From: a bacterium
GTDB lineage: Bacteria; Elusimicrobiota; JBDRMW01
Direction of reading: 5' to 3'
Assembly: GCA_043811735.1 (NCBI GenBank)
Contig: JBDRMW010000129.1
Coordinates: 1 to 58,819 of the forward strand
Length of the DNA: 58,819 nucleotides
Positions 8,173-16,737 of the stretch are shown here, one piece after another. The notes under the pieces are model-generated. The model had not been told where the DNA came from. It saw nothing but the letters and a program-made list of their open reading frames with translations, and did not search any database. How positions within the stretch are numbered: position 1 is the stretch's first letter; each line of letters starts with the position of its first letter. The position numbers and the translations under genes were made by a program.

Positions 8173-9345
8173 TCAGCTTAATTCTAATACCCTAACCTTA
8201 ACAACTCCTTTAATCCCTGCCAATGCATTAACTGTAGCCTCATTAGGTTTATCAGATGCATCAATAATCGTGCAGGCATAATCACCTTTACTCTTATTTA
8301 ACATCTCAACGATATTAATATTGGCTTTAGCAAGAATGGTCGAGACCTGTCCGACCATGTTCGGGATATTTTTATTCATGACCATAAGCCTAAAATTAGA
8401 ATTCTGCTCTAATTTACAGTCCGGATAGTTAACCGAGTTCTTAATCCTGCCCTTCTCAATAAAATCCCGCATCTGTTTAACAACCATCACCGAGCAATTG
8501 TCTTCTGCTTCCGCGGTCGATGCCCCTAAATGAGGAATCGCGATCACATTATCCATATTAAGCAGTTCATCATCAGGGAAATCCGTCACATATCGGGCAA
8601 CAATACCATTGTTAATCGCTGCCTGTAAATCATCATTGTTTACAATCCCCCCTCGGGAAAAGTTTAAGATGCGAACTCCCTTTTTCATGCGGCTGAATTT
8701 TTCTGCATTGATAATACCTTTGGTTGCATCCGTCAACGGTGTATGAAGCGATATAAAATCAGCATCAGCAATCAGCATATCAAGCCCCGCGGCGCGCTGA
8801 ACTTCACGGGATAATCCCCAGGCAGACTCAACCGATATAAACGGATCATACCCGACAACATTCATCCCTAAATCAAGCGCGCTGTTAGCAACAGCAACGC
8901 CGATTTTACCTAAGCCCACAATCCCGATTTTTTTGCCCATAATCTCAGTTCCAGCATAGTTTTTCTTGTTCTTTTCAATAAGACCGGTAACTTCTGCCCC
9001 TTTGCCTTTAAGTGATTCAGCATATGCAATTCCCTTAACAATATCACGTGAGGCAAGAAGCAGTCCTGCGATGGTCAGTTCTTTGACCGCATTGGCATTA
9101 GCTCCCGGCGTATTAAAGACCACCACGCCTTTCTCAGAGCATTTTTGTATAGGAATATTGTTCACTCCTGCACCGGCTCTTCCCACCGTCAACAATGATT
9201 CAGGCAGCTCCATATCATTCATCTTGTAACTGCGCAGGATTATCGCATCCGGCTGAGTGATCTCCGTTCCAATCTCATACATGTCCAATGGAAAAAGAGC
9301 TAATCCTTCTGAAGAAATTTTGTTTAATTTCTGTACTTTGTACAT
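8173..9345 (-). CDS. serA: D-3-phosphoglycerate dehydrogenase (with C-terminal ACT domain)
   Basis: 2-hydroxyacid dehydrogenase motifs GIVGLGKIGVAVA and HLGAST, plus a C-terminal ACT-like segment. Adjacent to serC. Confidence 0.9.
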   Translation of the reverse strand: MYKVQKLNKISSEGLALFPLDMYEIGTEITQPDAIILRSYKMNDMELPESLLTVGRAGAGVNNIPIQKCSEKGVVVFNTPGANANAVKELTIAGLLLASRDIVKGIAYAESLKGKGAEVTGLIEKNKKNYAGTEIMGKKIGIVGLGKIGVAVANSALDLGMNVVGYDPFISVESAWGLSREVQRAAGLDMLIADADFISLHTPLTDATKGIINAEKFSRMKKGVRILNFSRGGIVNNDDLQAAINNGIVARYVTDFPDDELLNMDNVIAIPHLGASTAEAEDNCSVMVVKQMRDFIEKGRIKNSVNYPDCKLEQNSNFRLMVMNKNIPNMVGQVSTILAKANINIVEMLNKSKGDYACTIIDASDKPNEATVNALAGIKGVVKVRVLELS

Positions 9346-9369
9346 ACCATCCCCCTTAATGTTATCAAA

Positions 9370-10449
9370 TTATTTATTTTTCTTTTCAAACTCTTTCATA
9401 AATGCAACCAATGTTTCTACTCCTTCAACCGGCATTGCATTATAGATGCTTGCCCGCATACCGCCGACCGTACGATGACCTTTAAGGGTTTTAAGTCCCT
9501 TACCGTCAGCTTCCTTTATAAATTTTGCATCCAGCTCTTCATTCCCGGTGACAAAGGGCACATTCATAATCGAACGGTCTTCCTTGTTAACCGGGGCTTT
9601 AAATAGACTCGATGAATCAATGTAATCATACAATATACCGGCTTTTTTAAGATTAATTTCTTTGCGTGCTTGAAGCCCTCCCGTATCTTTAATCCATTTA
9701 AATACTAACCCTGCAATATAGATTGAATATGAAGGCGGTGTATTATACAAAGACGCATTTTCAGCATGGATTTTATAATTAAGCAGTGTCGGCACAGAAT
9801 CGGCCGCACCACCAGCGAGATCCTCACGAATAATGACAATCGTCACTCCAGCAGGGCCTATATTTTTCTGCGCTCCCGCAAAAATTATCCCGTATTTCGA
9901 TACATCAATCGGCTCAGATAAGATATTTGATGACATATCAGCCACCAACGGTACATTCCCGGTATCCGGTATGGTTTTATATGCGGTGCCATAAATCGTA
10001 TTATTTGATGCAATATAAAAATAATCAGCATCTTTCGAGAATGTTTTCGGATCAAGCTTTGGTATATAGGTAAAATTTTTATCATCTGAACCTGCCACCA
10101 CCTTGACCGTGCCGAATTTCTTTGCTTCTGCTATTGCTTTTTTTGTCCATTGCCCGGTATGCACATAATCAGCCTTTTTGTTTTTCATTAAATTGAGCGG
10201 CACCATGGCAAACTGCAGGCTTGCTCCTCCCTGCAAAAACAATACTTTGTAATTGTTCGGGATATTCATAATCTCCCGTAAATCTGCTTCAGCGGTTTCA
10301 ATAATCCCTTTAAACTCTTTTCCCCGATGAGAAACCTCCATTACCGACATGCCGCACCCGTTAAAATCCATAATCTCTTCTCCGGCTTTTTTTAAAACCG
10401 CTTCCGGCAGCACTGCCGGACCTGCGCTAAAATTGTAGACTCGTGCCAT
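9370..10449 (-). CDS. serC: 3-phosphoserine/phosphohydroxythreonine aminotransferase
   Basis: N-terminus YNFSAGPAVLPEAVL, MEVSHRGKEF, FAGAQKNIGPAG (PLP lysine region), GGMRASIYNAMP. Confidence 0.93.
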   Translation of the reverse strand: MARVYNFSAGPAVLPEAVLKKAGEEIMDFNGCGMSVMEVSHRGKEFKGIIETAEADLREIMNIPNNYKVLFLQGGASLQFAMVPLNLMKNKKADYVHTGQWTKKAIAEAKKFGTVKVVAGSDDKNFTYIPKLDPKTFSKDADYFYIASNNTIYGTAYKTIPDTGNVPLVADMSSNILSEPIDVSKYGIIFAGAQKNIGPAGVTIVIIREDLAGGAADSVPTLLNYKIHAENASLYNTPPSYSIYIAGLVFKWIKDTGGLQARKEINLKKAGILYDYIDSSSLFKAPVNKEDRSIMNVPFVTGNEELDAKFIKEADGKGLKTLKGHRTVGGMRASIYNAMPVEGVETLVAFMKEFEKKNK

Positions 10450-10463
10450 TGCTTCCTCCTTTG

Positions 10464-11093
10464 TTAAACCGCTGTTTTTTGTATTGATAACCGTGCCGCA
10501 ATAAACCTGAGCGCACTGGTAAAATCCATGCCTAAATACATAATTTTTTCAGGAACCATAAGTTTTATCGGTGAAAAATTTAAAATTCCTTTAACGCCTG
10601 CTTTACATAATCTATCCGCAATTCCTTGAGCTGATTCAGCCGGCACGGTAATAATCCCTAATTCAATCGCATGTGTGCTAACCACCTGCTCTAAGTCATC
10701 AACCGGGAATACATCGATCGTTGTCTTAATCCGCTCAATCTTATTTATACTGCAATCAAATCCTGCAACAATAGAAAACCCATCATCCTGAAATTTCTGA
10801 TAATCAAGCAATGCTGACCCTAATCTGCCTAAACCAACAATACATGCTTTACGCTTTTGAGACAATTGCAGTCTGCTGCCTAACTCATTCTTTAAAGTAA
10901 TGACCTCATAGCCTTTTCTTGAAAATCCTATCACCCCTAACAAGCTCATATCTTTGCGTATCGTATCAGCGGTAGTCCCAATCACCTGTGCCAATTCCGG
11001 AGATGAGACAAAATCTATCCCTTTTTTTTCTAATACAATTAAATACTCAAAAATCCTGCAAATTCTCTCGATTGTATTGTTTGATATTCCCAT
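10464..11093 (-). CDS. rex: Redox-sensing transcriptional repressor Rex
   Basis: Winged-helix N-terminus (SSPELAQVIGTTADTIRKDMS), Rossmann fold IVGLGRLGSAL, typical length of 209 aa. Confidence 0.9.
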   Translation of the reverse strand: MGISNNTIERICRIFEYLIVLEKKGIDFVSSPELAQVIGTTADTIRKDMSLLGVIGFSRKGYEVITLKNELGSRLQLSQKRKACIVGLGRLGSALLDYQKFQDDGFSIVAGFDCSINKIERIKTTIDVFPVDDLEQVVSTHAIELGIITVPAESAQGIADRLCKAGVKGILNFSPIKLMVPEKIMYLGMDFTSALRFIAARLSIQKTAV

Positions 11094-11111
11094 AGAACTG
11101 CCTTAATATAT

Positions 11112-11129
11112 TAGTGAATTCTTTCACAG
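11112..11129. promoter_or_regulatory. Rex operator 1 (minus strand CTGTGAA-AGAA-TTCACTA)
   Basis: 12 of 14 matches to the Rex box TTGTGAA-N4-TTCACAA. Starts immediately after the predicted -10 of the rex promoter, 19-36 nt upstream of the rex ATG. Confidence 0.6.
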
Positions 11130-11156
11130 TATAATAAAAATAAAAAAATATGTCAA
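11128..11156 (-). promoter_or_regulatory. Sigma70-type promoter of rex-serC-serA
   Basis: Minus strand TTGACA (11156-11151), 17-nt spacer, TATACT (11133-11128). Confidence 0.5.
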
Positions 11157-11226
11157 TGATGATTATATTATAAATTATTTTTAATCAATTTAATATGCCA
11201 TTAACAATGATTAAACTAACAATTTA

Positions 11227-11244
11227 TTGTGAATTAATTCACTT
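11227..11244. promoter_or_regulatory. Rex operator 2 (TTGTGAA-TTAA-TTCACTT)
   Basis: 12 of 14 matches to the Rex box consensus, about 135-150 nt upstream of the rex ATG. Confidence 0.55.
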
Positions 11245-11293
11245 ATAAAATATTATTTATACGTTTTTTGAAGTATTTCCCTAAGATAAGATC

Positions 11294-12049
11294 TTACTTT
11301 TTTGCTTTTCCCTGGTTAGCAACCTCTGCCATTGCTTTTTCAATTTCTTCTTGATTACCTAAATAATAATGAGATATGGGTTTTAAGTTTTCATCCAGTT
11401 CGTATACCAAAGGAATGCCGGTCGGAATATTAAGTTTAACGATATTCTCATCAGATACATTATCCAAATATTTAACCAATGCGCGCAAACTGTTGCCATG
11501 TGCAACGATTAAAACTTTTTTTCCTTGTTTTACCGTTGGTGCAATAGTTTCATTCCAATACGGAAGGAACCTGGCAGCCGTATCTTTCAAACATTCGGTT
11601 ACCGGAATATCTTTTTCATCAAGCTCCTTATATGCCGGGTCATTTCCCGGATAACGCGGATCATTCTTTTCTAATGCCTGCGGCGGGATGTCATAGCTTC
11701 TCCGCCAAATAAGAACCTGTTCATCACCATATTTTGCGGCGGTCTCAAGCTTATTAAGTCCCTGCAGACTGCCGTAATGACGTTCATTTAACCGCCAGGA
11801 ACGGTACACCGGTATCCACATAAGATTCAGCTCATCAAGCGTGATCCAGAGGGTCCGAACAGCCCGTTTTAAGACCGAGGTATACGCAACATCAAAACTA
11901 AAACCTTGTTCTTTAATTAGTTTGCCCGCATCATGCGCTTCTTTAATCCCTTTTTGAGATAAATCAACATCTGTCCATCCGGTAAATCTATTCTCCTTAT
12001 TCCATACACTTTCACCATGCCGTAACAAAACCAGTTTATGTGCCGTCAA
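11294..12049 (-). CDS. gpmA: 2,3-bisphosphoglycerate-dependent phosphoglycerate mutase
   Basis: [26 protein letters not shown] catalytic His motif, AHGNSLRAL, length 251 aa. Confidence 0.93.
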   Translation of the reverse strand: MTAHKLVLLRHGESVWNKENRFTGWTDVDLSQKGIKEAHDAGKLIKEQGFSFDVAYTSVLKRAVRTLWITLDELNLMWIPVYRSWRLNERHYGSLQGLNKLETAAKYGDEQVLIWRRSYDIPPQALEKNDPRYPGNDPAYKELDEKDIPVTECLKDTAARFLPYWNETIAPTVKQGKKVLIVAHGNSLRALVKYLDNVSDENIVKLNIPTGIPLVYELDENLKPISHYYLGNQEEIEKAMAEVANQGKAKK

Positions 12050-12050
12050 G

Positions 12051-12317
12051 TTATCCTCCTAATTTTTTTTTCTTTAGTTTTTCTTTTATGAGCGTTAATT
12101 TTTTATTTCTTGATAATTTCTTAATCTCTGCTTCGCGCTTTAGCGCGCCTGAGCGGGAATGATGCTGTTCAGCATGTCTTATTTTTGTTGGTTTAAATGA
12201 GCTCGTATATGCAGCTGCTTTTCCTTTCTGATGCTGTTTGAATCTTCTTTTGATATCGGTTGTTATGCCCGTATAGAGGCTCTTATTCCGGCATTCCAGA
12301 ATATATACATACCACAT
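12051..12317 (-). CDS. GIY-YIG nuclease-domain protein (UPF0213-like) with Lys-rich tail
   Basis: [28 protein letters not shown] motif. Stop lies 1 nt before the gpmA start. Confidence 0.8.
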   Translation of the reverse strand: MWYVYILECRNKSLYTGITTDIKRRFKQHQKGKAAAYTSSFKPTKIRHAEQHHSRSGALKREAEIKKLSRNKKLTLIKEKLKKKKLGG

Positions 12318-12508
12318 GCAACATCCATTACATTTTATTTATTGAGATTGGACAGCTGCGAGAAATATATCGTGATCCAACCTCATTTTATAATTGGAAT
12401 TTATATACTTAAAAATTGATAATACTGTTATTCCCTGCTAAAAAGACTGCAGGCACGGGAAGAAGATGATGTTTTTCTCCAGATGCACGTTACCGTACGG
12501 ACACCAAA

Positions 12509-14380
12509 TTAAAATGTATCGGGAAGTATATAATCACCGTATTTAGCCCGGGCTTCCTCTAATCGCTTTTTTTGTTCGTTGAGGGTCGTAAATAATTCTC
12601 CGGGAACATCTGATACTTTTTCTTTATATATATCGATAATTCTTTGTATTTTACTAATATTTTCCTGGATCCGGAACTTAAAATTCTCATTATATTCTGC
12701 CCGTGAATAATTTTTATTAAGCACCTGGGAAAACAACCGTTTTAATTCATTATACTGAGGGATGAACCCGATGGGTGTTTTGACAGCATCGACTTCATTA
12801 TGAACGCGCAGATCCATCCACTTAAGCCAGACACGCTTATCATGCATGGTATTTAAGTATGCTCCTTTTTTATCTTTAAGGAAATAATTTACTCCAAAAA
12901 TAACCGGCGGTGTTTTAAGCGTGCGGATAAAATTCAAATGATTTTGAATATATTGACCCGCGGGGATCGACAGGAAATCCAGATTGGCCATCAGGTTAAA
13001 TTTACGCACCCCTTCTTTCCCCAGAGTTGCTGATGTTGTTTCTGATTCCAGAGAGGATGCGATCGTAATTACCCCGTGTTTCCAGTTAAAACTTTGGAAT
13101 ACCGGCGGCCAGGTATCTGAGTCCCTGCCTCCATAAATGATACCCTGCACATGCACACCCATAGGATTTTCAAGCTCGGGGTCACAGTTTTCCAATGTGT
13201 CTAATTTTATCGTATACCGCGCATTTGAATGCGAAAACGCAATCGGTTTTCCCTTTTCATCACATTTGTCTTTAAACCATTTCCCTGAATAATTCTCTCC
13301 TTCTTCGGGAATCTCCTGGTCAGATCCTTGCCAGTACGGTACTCCGTTCTTAACAAGTATATTAGAAAAAATCACTTCACCGGGAGTAGTCAACGACTTC
13401 CATATAAGAGGATCATCCTTGGTGTTTACATCCTTAATGATACCGAAAATACCCCGCTCAACATTGACCGCATACGTTTTACCGTCCCGGTTGCGCAAAT
13501 ATGCGATATCATCACCAACAATACGTTCGCCGTCTACCATACAGGTTGACGTTTTACCGCAGGCGCTGGGGAATGCCCCGGTAAAATATGTTTTCCGGTT
13601 GTTTGGCCCATGCACACCCATCACAAACATGTGTTCGGAAAGCCATCGTTCTTTATCTGATTTTCTAATAACCAAACGCAGTGATAATTTCTTTAAACCT
13701 AATGTATTCCCCGCATACTGCGTGTTAACCGTATAGACTACATTTTCTTTACAATCAATGTACACACGCCTTTGGTCAGCATTCCTGCTCACCTGGTTTT
13801 CGATTTCTCCGGCAGAATGTACATATTTAAAAAACTCGATATCAGATCCTTTCTTTTTAAACACATTATATGCAGGCCGGTAGAGGATATCTTCTGCATG
13901 AGCAACATATGCTGAATCAGTAATCTGAACGCCATAGATTGAAAACTCTGAATCAACCGGGCCCAGACATAAAAACAAGACATACATGTCTTTCCCGGCC
14001 ATGCTGTTTTTTAGAAATCCTTTTATTTCTTGCAAACCCTCTTCCCGGTCAGTTGAATTCATATCAGGGCCGATTTTAAGATCATCATACATAAGAAACC
14101 GGGTGTTTGCCTTATCGCGGCCTTGATCAAAATACCCGTCAAAATGTGCGGTATGGCCATTAATCGCAAGAGGAATCTCTTCTTTTTGTTCTTGTGCCTT
14201 ATCAGCAATATACCGGGCTTCCTCAGCAGCGTCTGTTCTCACAAAGATTGAACGGGGATTACATAACTCAGCATAGGTTGCAATAAACTCCATTAACACC
14301 GGGTTTTTTAACGCAATCAGTTTATCAAGATTCTCTTGCGTACATTTTGTTTCCAGCAATGTAATTAGTTTCTCAGTCAT
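12509..14380 (-). CDS. pckG: Phosphoenolpyruvate carboxykinase (GTP)
   Basis: FPSACGKTS kinase-1a loop, GDDIAY, YFLKD, length 623 aa. Confidence 0.93.
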   Translation of the reverse strand: MTEKLITLLETKCTQENLDKLIALKNPVLMEFIATYAELCNPRSIFVRTDAAEEARYIADKAQEQKEEIPLAINGHTAHFDGYFDQGRDKANTRFLMYDDLKIGPDMNSTDREEGLQEIKGFLKNSMAGKDMYVLFLCLGPVDSEFSIYGVQITDSAYVAHAEDILYRPAYNVFKKKGSDIEFFKYVHSAGEIENQVSRNADQRRVYIDCKENVVYTVNTQYAGNTLGLKKLSLRLVIRKSDKERWLSEHMFVMGVHGPNNRKTYFTGAFPSACGKTSTCMVDGERIVGDDIAYLRNRDGKTYAVNVERGIFGIIKDVNTKDDPLIWKSLTTPGEVIFSNILVKNGVPYWQGSDQEIPEEGENYSGKWFKDKCDEKGKPIAFSHSNARYTIKLDTLENCDPELENPMGVHVQGIIYGGRDSDTWPPVFQSFNWKHGVITIASSLESETTSATLGKEGVRKFNLMANLDFLSIPAGQYIQNHLNFIRTLKTPPVIFGVNYFLKDKKGAYLNTMHDKRVWLKWMDLRVHNEVDAVKTPIGFIPQYNELKRLFSQVLNKNYSRAEYNENFKFRIQENISKIQRIIDIYKEKVSDVPGELFTTLNEQKKRLEEARAKYGDYILPDTF

Positions 14381-14461
14381 AACGTATTCCTCTTTTTCTT
14401 AAATTTTTTTTACATACAATAGTTATATTTTTATATTTAATATAGAGCTATATAGTCGCAT

Positions 14462-14490
14462 ATTATATCAGAATTTAATGCTTTATACAA
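14462..14490 (-). promoter_or_regulatory. Candidate sigma70 promoter of pckG
   Basis: Minus strand TTGTAT, 17-nt spacer, TATAAT, about 80 nt upstream of the ATG. Confidence 0.4.
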
Positions 14491-14619
14491 ACGATTTTAA
14501 GATTTTTTGTGGAGCTTCGAATAAGAAATTTTTTCCTGAGCGGACAGATTAACCCCAGGCATTATCTCACCTGCATTTTTTTCTTTAATTATGTTATATT
14601 AATTTTATACAATACTGGT

Positions 14620-15132
14620 ATGGATCTATCAGCACAAGAAGTTTCATGGATTTTCCAAAAATTAAAAGAGCTCCAAAATCTGTCAACCTATTCTGCATCT
14701 GATCTTGAGCAATTAATCGAACGCATGGAAAAAAGATCATATGCGATCCGGGATACGATTATTAAGCAGGGCGATGAAGGTGAATTTTTTTTTATCATTT
14801 ACAAAGGCCAGGTCGGCATCTCCGTAAAACAAGGCAATAAAGCGACTCTCATCGCTTCATTGGCTGACGGAGATTATTTCGGCGAGATGTCCTTGATAAC
14901 CAATAAACCGTGTATTGCAACCGTTACCGCAATTATACCAACTGATGTTTTTATGCTTCCGCATGATGACTTAAGGTTTATGCTTCTGCATAATCCAGCC
15001 CTCGTTAAAAGCATGAGCCAGGTCGTTGAAGAACGAAGAAAAGAACTTTTCCAGGAATTAGGCATTCTAACCAACATGGAAGACGACCTCCTGACCAAAC
15101 TGCAAAAATATTTTGACCTCCAGCAGGAATAA
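14620..15132 (+). CDS. Stand-alone cyclic-nucleotide-binding (CAP_ED) domain protein
   Basis: IIKQGDEGEFFFIIYKGQV...DGDYFGEMSLITNKPCIATV is a cNMP-binding beta-roll with phosphate-binding cassette. Start chosen at the first ATG (14620); the track ORF starts at a GTG at 14509, so the start is uncertain. Confidence 0.75.
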   Translation: MDLSAQEVSWIFQKLKELQNLSTYSASDLEQLIERMEKRSYAIRDTIIKQGDEGEFFFIIYKGQVGISVKQGNKATLIASLADGDYFGEMSLITNKPCIATVTAIIPTDVFMLPHDDLRFMLLHNPALVKSMSQVVEERRKELFQELGILTNMEDDLLTKLQKYFDLQQE

Positions 15133-15166
15133 CACTTCAATTTTTATCTATTTCTCAACCAGTTTA

Positions 15167-15189
15167 TAGGGATCGCCTCCCTATTTTTT
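15167..15189 (+). terminator. Rho-independent terminator of the cNMP-binding gene
   Basis: TAGGGA-tcgcc-TCCCTA hairpin followed by TTTTTT. Confidence 0.55.
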
Positions 15190-15207
15190 CTGTCTTAATT
15201 TTTCTTT

Positions 15208-16023
15208 TCAGGTGTTTTCTTTGTTTTTAGAAAACATACCTATAAATGAACGTTTCTTTTTTATCTCTTTGGACGGAATTTGTTCAGCTGTTTTTGAGAG
15301 TTCTTCAACGGTGCCTGTCTCGTCAATAATACACATCATGGCAGTCAACCGGTCTTTTGCATTAAAAATCGGATAAAAAACAATTTCGCATGGTTTGTCA
15401 TTTTTATTTCTGATAAAAACATCTTTTATCACAACCATATCTTTTGTTTTTTCCAGTTTCTTGGTTATATCATCAACATCCAGTCCTTTGATAATCTCAT
15501 TAATATTTTTTTCAATAATAGTATTTTTATCAAGGCCTAAATAAAGCAGTATTTTTTTACTGCACTTCACCATAATTCCTTGAATATTTATAACAACCAT
15601 ATTCATTTTGATATTATCGATAAGTACTGTATTTTCACCTGCCAATGCAGAGATTTTTAATGCCTGCATTTCATTTATTTTGATTAAATCAACATATAAT
15701 TCATTAATTTTATTCCCGATAATACCTAACTTGCTTAAGTACCTGCTGGTATATGCCAAATTATACCGCGACAACCCGCTTATAGTATCCAATTCTTTCA
15801 ATAGATTCCTGCTTGAATAATAAAAATACCACATCCCCATACACAGCAGTATCACGCACAACAACCCAATAAACAGCACATGTTCAGCATAATATTTGAT
15901 CTGCATGGTTTCTATGCTTTCTATCTGTGATAGCGCATAATAGCCATCATAAGAAATCAAGATGATACACATAACCGCGGTTACGCCAAACACATAGAAC
16001 AGGGTTTTTCTAATAATCAGCAT
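15208..16023 (-). CDS. Membrane-anchored PAS-like sensor protein without output domain (hypothetical)
   Basis: Two N-terminal TM helices, a helical linker, then a PAS-like segment (VVINIQGIMVKCSKKILLYLGLDKNTIIEKNINEII...FYPIFNAKDRLTAMMCIIDETG). The start codon directly abuts the trkA stop (16024). Confidence 0.5.
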   Translation of the reverse strand: MLIIRKTLFYVFGVTAVMCIILISYDGYYALSQIESIETMQIKYYAEHVLFIGLLCVILLCMGMWYFYYSSRNLLKELDTISGLSRYNLAYTSRYLSKLGIIGNKINELYVDLIKINEMQALKISALAGENTVLIDNIKMNMVVINIQGIMVKCSKKILLYLGLDKNTIIEKNINEIIKGLDVDDITKKLEKTKDMVVIKDVFIRNKNDKPCEIVFYPIFNAKDRLTAMMCIIDETGTVEELSKTAEQIPSKEIKKKRSFIGMFSKNKENT

Positions 16024-16716
16024 TTATAAATCCTTGAATGTGTTTATATCAGCATCACTGCCGATAATCACTAAAATATCTTTATCTTCCAGCACATGGT
16101 CGGGCTGGGGCGTAATAATCTGTTCTTCTTTTACCGGATTGCCGAGATCGTCAATATCGGTGATCGTGCGCTTGACCGAGATCACATTAATATTAAGCTT
16201 TTTCCGTAAATCCAGGGTCAGCAGTGTTTTACCGACAAATTCTTTAGGTATTACAATTTCTGCAAGCGTTTGATTTTTAGATATGGGAATACGCTCAATA
16301 ATATCCGGAGCAATCAACCGCTGCGCCAGCCTCCTTCCCTCATCAAGCTCAATATTAATGACTTCACTTGCACCAACCTGCTTTAAGACCTGCGCATGAA
16401 TATCGGTTATGGCACGTGCAATGATATACGGAATGCCCAATTTTTTTAGAAGCGCCGTAGTGAGGATACTTGCCTCTATCTGTTCACCGATAGCAATCAC
16501 GGCCACATCTATATCTTCCAGAGGAAGATTTTTAAGAGATTCCTCATCAGTAGAATCAATAATCATGGCCTGGGTAACTTTTTCTTTCATTTTTTCTATT
16601 GTTTTAGCTCTATTATCAACAGCGATTATTTTACCGCCCTGCGTTGCCAGCACTTCAGCGACTTCAGAACCGAATGTTCCCATGCCGAAAATGGCAAATA
16701 CCCTTTCTTTTTTCAT
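16024..16716 (-). CDS. trkA: Trk/Ktr potassium uptake system, NAD-binding RCK subunit
   Basis: FGMGTFGSEVAEVL Rossmann motif, RCK_N plus RCK_C architecture, 230 aa. Confidence 0.85.
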   Translation of the reverse strand: MKKERVFAIFGMGTFGSEVAEVLATQGGKIIAVDNRAKTIEKMKEKVTQAMIIDSTDEESLKNLPLEDIDVAVIAIGEQIEASILTTALLKKLGIPYIIARAITDIHAQVLKQVGASEVINIELDEGRRLAQRLIAPDIIERIPISKNQTLAEIVIPKEFVGKTLLTLDLRKKLNINVISVKRTITDIDDLGNPVKEEQIITPQPDHVLEDKDILVIIGSDADINTFKDL

Positions 16717-16737
16717 ATATTGTTCCTCCTTAAATTC

